A DNA stretch of 64,000 nucleotides from Escherichia coli phage Wa28, in sequence record LC788710.1, one strand, 5' to 3'. Position numbers and translations under genes: made by a program. Below the pieces are notes generated by a model that did no database searches, was not told the origin of the DNA, and saw nothing but the letters and a program-made list of their open reading frames with translations. Shown here piece after piece: positions 62,260 to 64,000 of the stretch. Numbering within the stretch: position 1 is the stretch's first letter; every line of letters begins with the position of its first letter.

Positions 62260-63134
62260 TGAGTAAATCCTGGGGAAAATTTATTGAAGAGGAAGAAGCT
62301 GAGCTGGCTTCTCGTCGCAACCTAATGATTGTTGACGGAACTAACTTAGGCTTCCGCTTTAAGCATAATAACAGTAAGAAACCTTTTGCTTCTAGTTATG
62401 TATCAACGATTCAATCTTTAGCGAAATCTTACTCTGCTAGAACTACGATCGTCCTTGGTGATAAAGGTAAGTCTGTGTTCCGTCTTGAACATCTTCCTGA
62501 TTATAAAGGCAATCGTGATGAAAAGTATGCACAACGTACAGAAGAAGAGAAAGCTCTAGATGAGCAGTTCTTTGAGTATCTTCGTGACGCTTTCGAGTTG
62601 TGTGAAACTACATTTCCAACCTTCACTATTCGCGGTGTAGAAGCAGATGATATGGCAGCTTATATTGTTAAGCTCATTGGTCACTTATATGATCACGTTT
62701 GGCTGATCTCTACTGATGGTGACTGGGATACTTTATTAACTGATCGAGTTTCTCGCTTCTCCTTTACCACACGTCGTGAATACCATCTTCGTGATATGTA
62801 TGAACACCATAACGTTGATGATGTTGACCAGTTTATCTCTCTGAAAGCAATCATGGGAGATCTTGGTGATAACATTCGTGGTGTTGAGGGCATTGGTGCA
62901 AAACGTGGTTATAATATTATACGTGAATTTGGTAATGTTCTGGATATTATTGATCAACTCCCGTTGCCTGGGAAACAGAAATATATACAGAATCTGAACG
63001 CATCGGAGGAGTTGCTTTTCCGAAACTTGATTCTGGTTGATTTACCGACCTATTGTGTAGATGCTATTGCTGCTGTAGGTCAAGACGTATTAGATAAGTT
63101 TACGAAAGATATTTTGGAGATCGCAGGACAATGA
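62259..63134 (+). CDS. flap endonuclease / 5'-3' exonuclease
   Basis: 291 aa; N-terminal MIVDGTNLGFRF and FEN-like acidic motifs; matches T5 5'-exonuclease in size. Confidence 0.85.
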   Translation: MSKSWGKFIEEEEAELASRRNLMIVDGTNLGFRFKHNNSKKPFASSYVSTIQSLAKSYSARTTIVLGDKGKSVFRLEHLPDYKGNRDEKYAQRTEEEKALDEQFFEYLRDAFELCETTFPTFTIRGVEADDMAAYIVKLIGHLYDHVWLISTDGDWDTLLTDRVSRFSFTTRREYHLRDMYEHHNVDDVDQFISLKAIMGDLGDNIRGVEGIGAKRGYNIIREFGNVLDIIDQLPLPGKQKYIQNLNASEELLFRNLILVDLPTYCVDAIAAVGQDVLDKFTKDILEIAGQ

Positions 63135-63577
63135 TTAAAATTAAACTAACTCATCCAGATTGCATGCCGAAGATTGGTTCTGATGATGCCGCAGGTATGG
63201 ATCTGCGCGCATTCTTCGGTACTAACCTTGCAGCAGATTTACGTGCTATTGCACCAGGCAAATCCCTTATGATTGACACCGGTGTCGCGGTGGAAATTCC
63301 GCGAGGTTGGTTTGGTTTGGTAGTTCCTCGCAGCTCTTTAGGTAAGCGTAAACTGATGATCGCAAACACCGCAGGAGTGATCGACTCAGACTACCGTGGT
63401 ACTATTAAGATGAACCTTTATAACTACGGTTCTGAAATGCAAACTCTGGAGAATTTCGAGAGACTTTGTCAGCTAGTGGTACTACCACACTATTCAACCC
63501 ATCATTTTGAAATCGTTGACGAACTAGAGGAGACTGATCGTGGAGAAGGCGGCTTTGGAAGCTCAGGAAGTAAATAA
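63131..63577 (+). CDS. dut: dUTP diphosphatase
   Basis: 148 aa; AAGMDLRA, IANTAGVIDSDYRGTI, GEGGFGSSG dUTPase motifs. Confidence 0.85.
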   Translation: MIKIKLTHPDCMPKIGSDDAAGMDLRAFFGTNLAADLRAIAPGKSLMIDTGVAVEIPRGWFGLVVPRSSLGKRKLMIANTAGVIDSDYRGTIKMNLYNYGSEMQTLENFERLCQLVVLPHYSTHHFEIVDELEETDRGEGGFGSSGSK

Positions 63578-63806
63578 TTTTGCTGATCCTAATATGGTAG
63601 GGGTAGATGTAGACCAACCTAATTTTTGCAAGATTGATATTAAATACGTTGAACCTGAGAAAATAGTATTGAGGGTTGATGTATCTGGTGTAGTAGAACA
63701 GTGGGATGAAGAAGGATTTATCGCACTTTGCACTGAATCTCAAGATCATATGCTTAAAGCCATGCTAGCAGTATATAACTTAGGTAGTATTGCAGGTAGT
63801 AGATAA
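63540..63806 (+). CDS. hypothetical small protein
   Basis: ORF track 88 aa, overlaps dut end. Confidence 0.4.
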   Translation: MEKAALEAQEVNNFADPNMVGVDVDQPNFCKIDIKYVEPEKIVLRVDVSGVVEQWDEEGFIALCTESQDHMLKAMLAVYNLGSIAGSR

Positions 63807-63812
63807 TAATAA

Positions 63813-63848
63813 ACCCCAGTGGACAATCCACTGGGGTTTTCTCTTATT
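63813..63848. terminator. bidirectional rho-independent terminator
   Basis: CCCCAGTGG-ACAAT-CCACTGGGG with T-runs on both strands. Confidence 0.65.
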
Positions 63849-63889
63849 TAGTAAGGAGTTGTTTTACTAATTCCTTTATTTTATTAATC

Positions 63890-63914
63890 TTTTTTTTTTT
63901 TTTTTTTTTTTTTT
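63890..63914. repeat. homopolymeric T25 tract
   Basis: 25 consecutive T residues. Confidence 0.95.
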
Positions 63915-63938
63915 GAGAGGGTGCAAAACGAACCTCTT

Positions 63939-63966
63939 GCATTTTGCATTTTGCATTTTGCGTTTT
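63939..63966. repeat. tandem heptamer repeat (GCATTTT x3 plus GCGTTTT)
   Basis: gcattttgcattttgcattttgcgtttt. Confidence 0.9.
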
Positions 63967-64000
63967 CATATTGTACATAAGAACAGCCTAAGAATCAGCG

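Noticed and set aside
1-64000. CRISPR array, integrase, transposase or prophage att sites
   Set aside because: No spaced direct-repeat arrays and no recognisable integrase or transposase reading frames; content is that of a virulent T5-like phage

Overview
This window reads as a ~64 kb stretch of the early region of a T5-like siphovirus (Tequintavirus-type) genome. The clearest anchor is at 45750-45815, which matches the classic T5 PN25 promoter as I recall it (TTGCTT-17bp-TATAAT-AGATTCATAAATTTGAGAGAGGAG). From 1 to ~36.6 kb nearly all genes are on the minus strand: a lysis cassette (holin-like, M15 endolysin, candidate spanin pair), ClpP-like protease, dNMP kinase, a GrcA-like glycyl-radical protein, a cluster of about 29 tRNA genes (8.8-18.6 kb, plus one at 22.2 kb) interleaved with small ORFs and homing-endonuclease-like genes, PnuC plus NadR-like NAD salvage, SPFH protein, RNase H, thymidylate synthase, DHFR, NrdB, HNH, NrdA and PhoH. 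From ~36.9 kb genes switch to the plus strand: NrdD, a Sir2-like protein, a large P-loop ATPase, a split NAD-dependent DNA ligase, DnaB-like helicase, primase, family-A DNA polymerase, SF2 helicase, SbcD/SbcC-like nuclease, flap endonuclease and dUTPase. The window ends with a bidirectional terminator, a T25 tract and GCATTTT heptamer repeats. More than 30 copies of one near-identical strong promoter module are scattered through the window. All calls were made by eye from the sequence and the supplied ORF track; tRNA boundaries and anticodons, and every protein-family assignment, need confirmation with tRNAscan-SE/Infernal and HMM or BLAST searches. No CRISPR array or integrase was seen.
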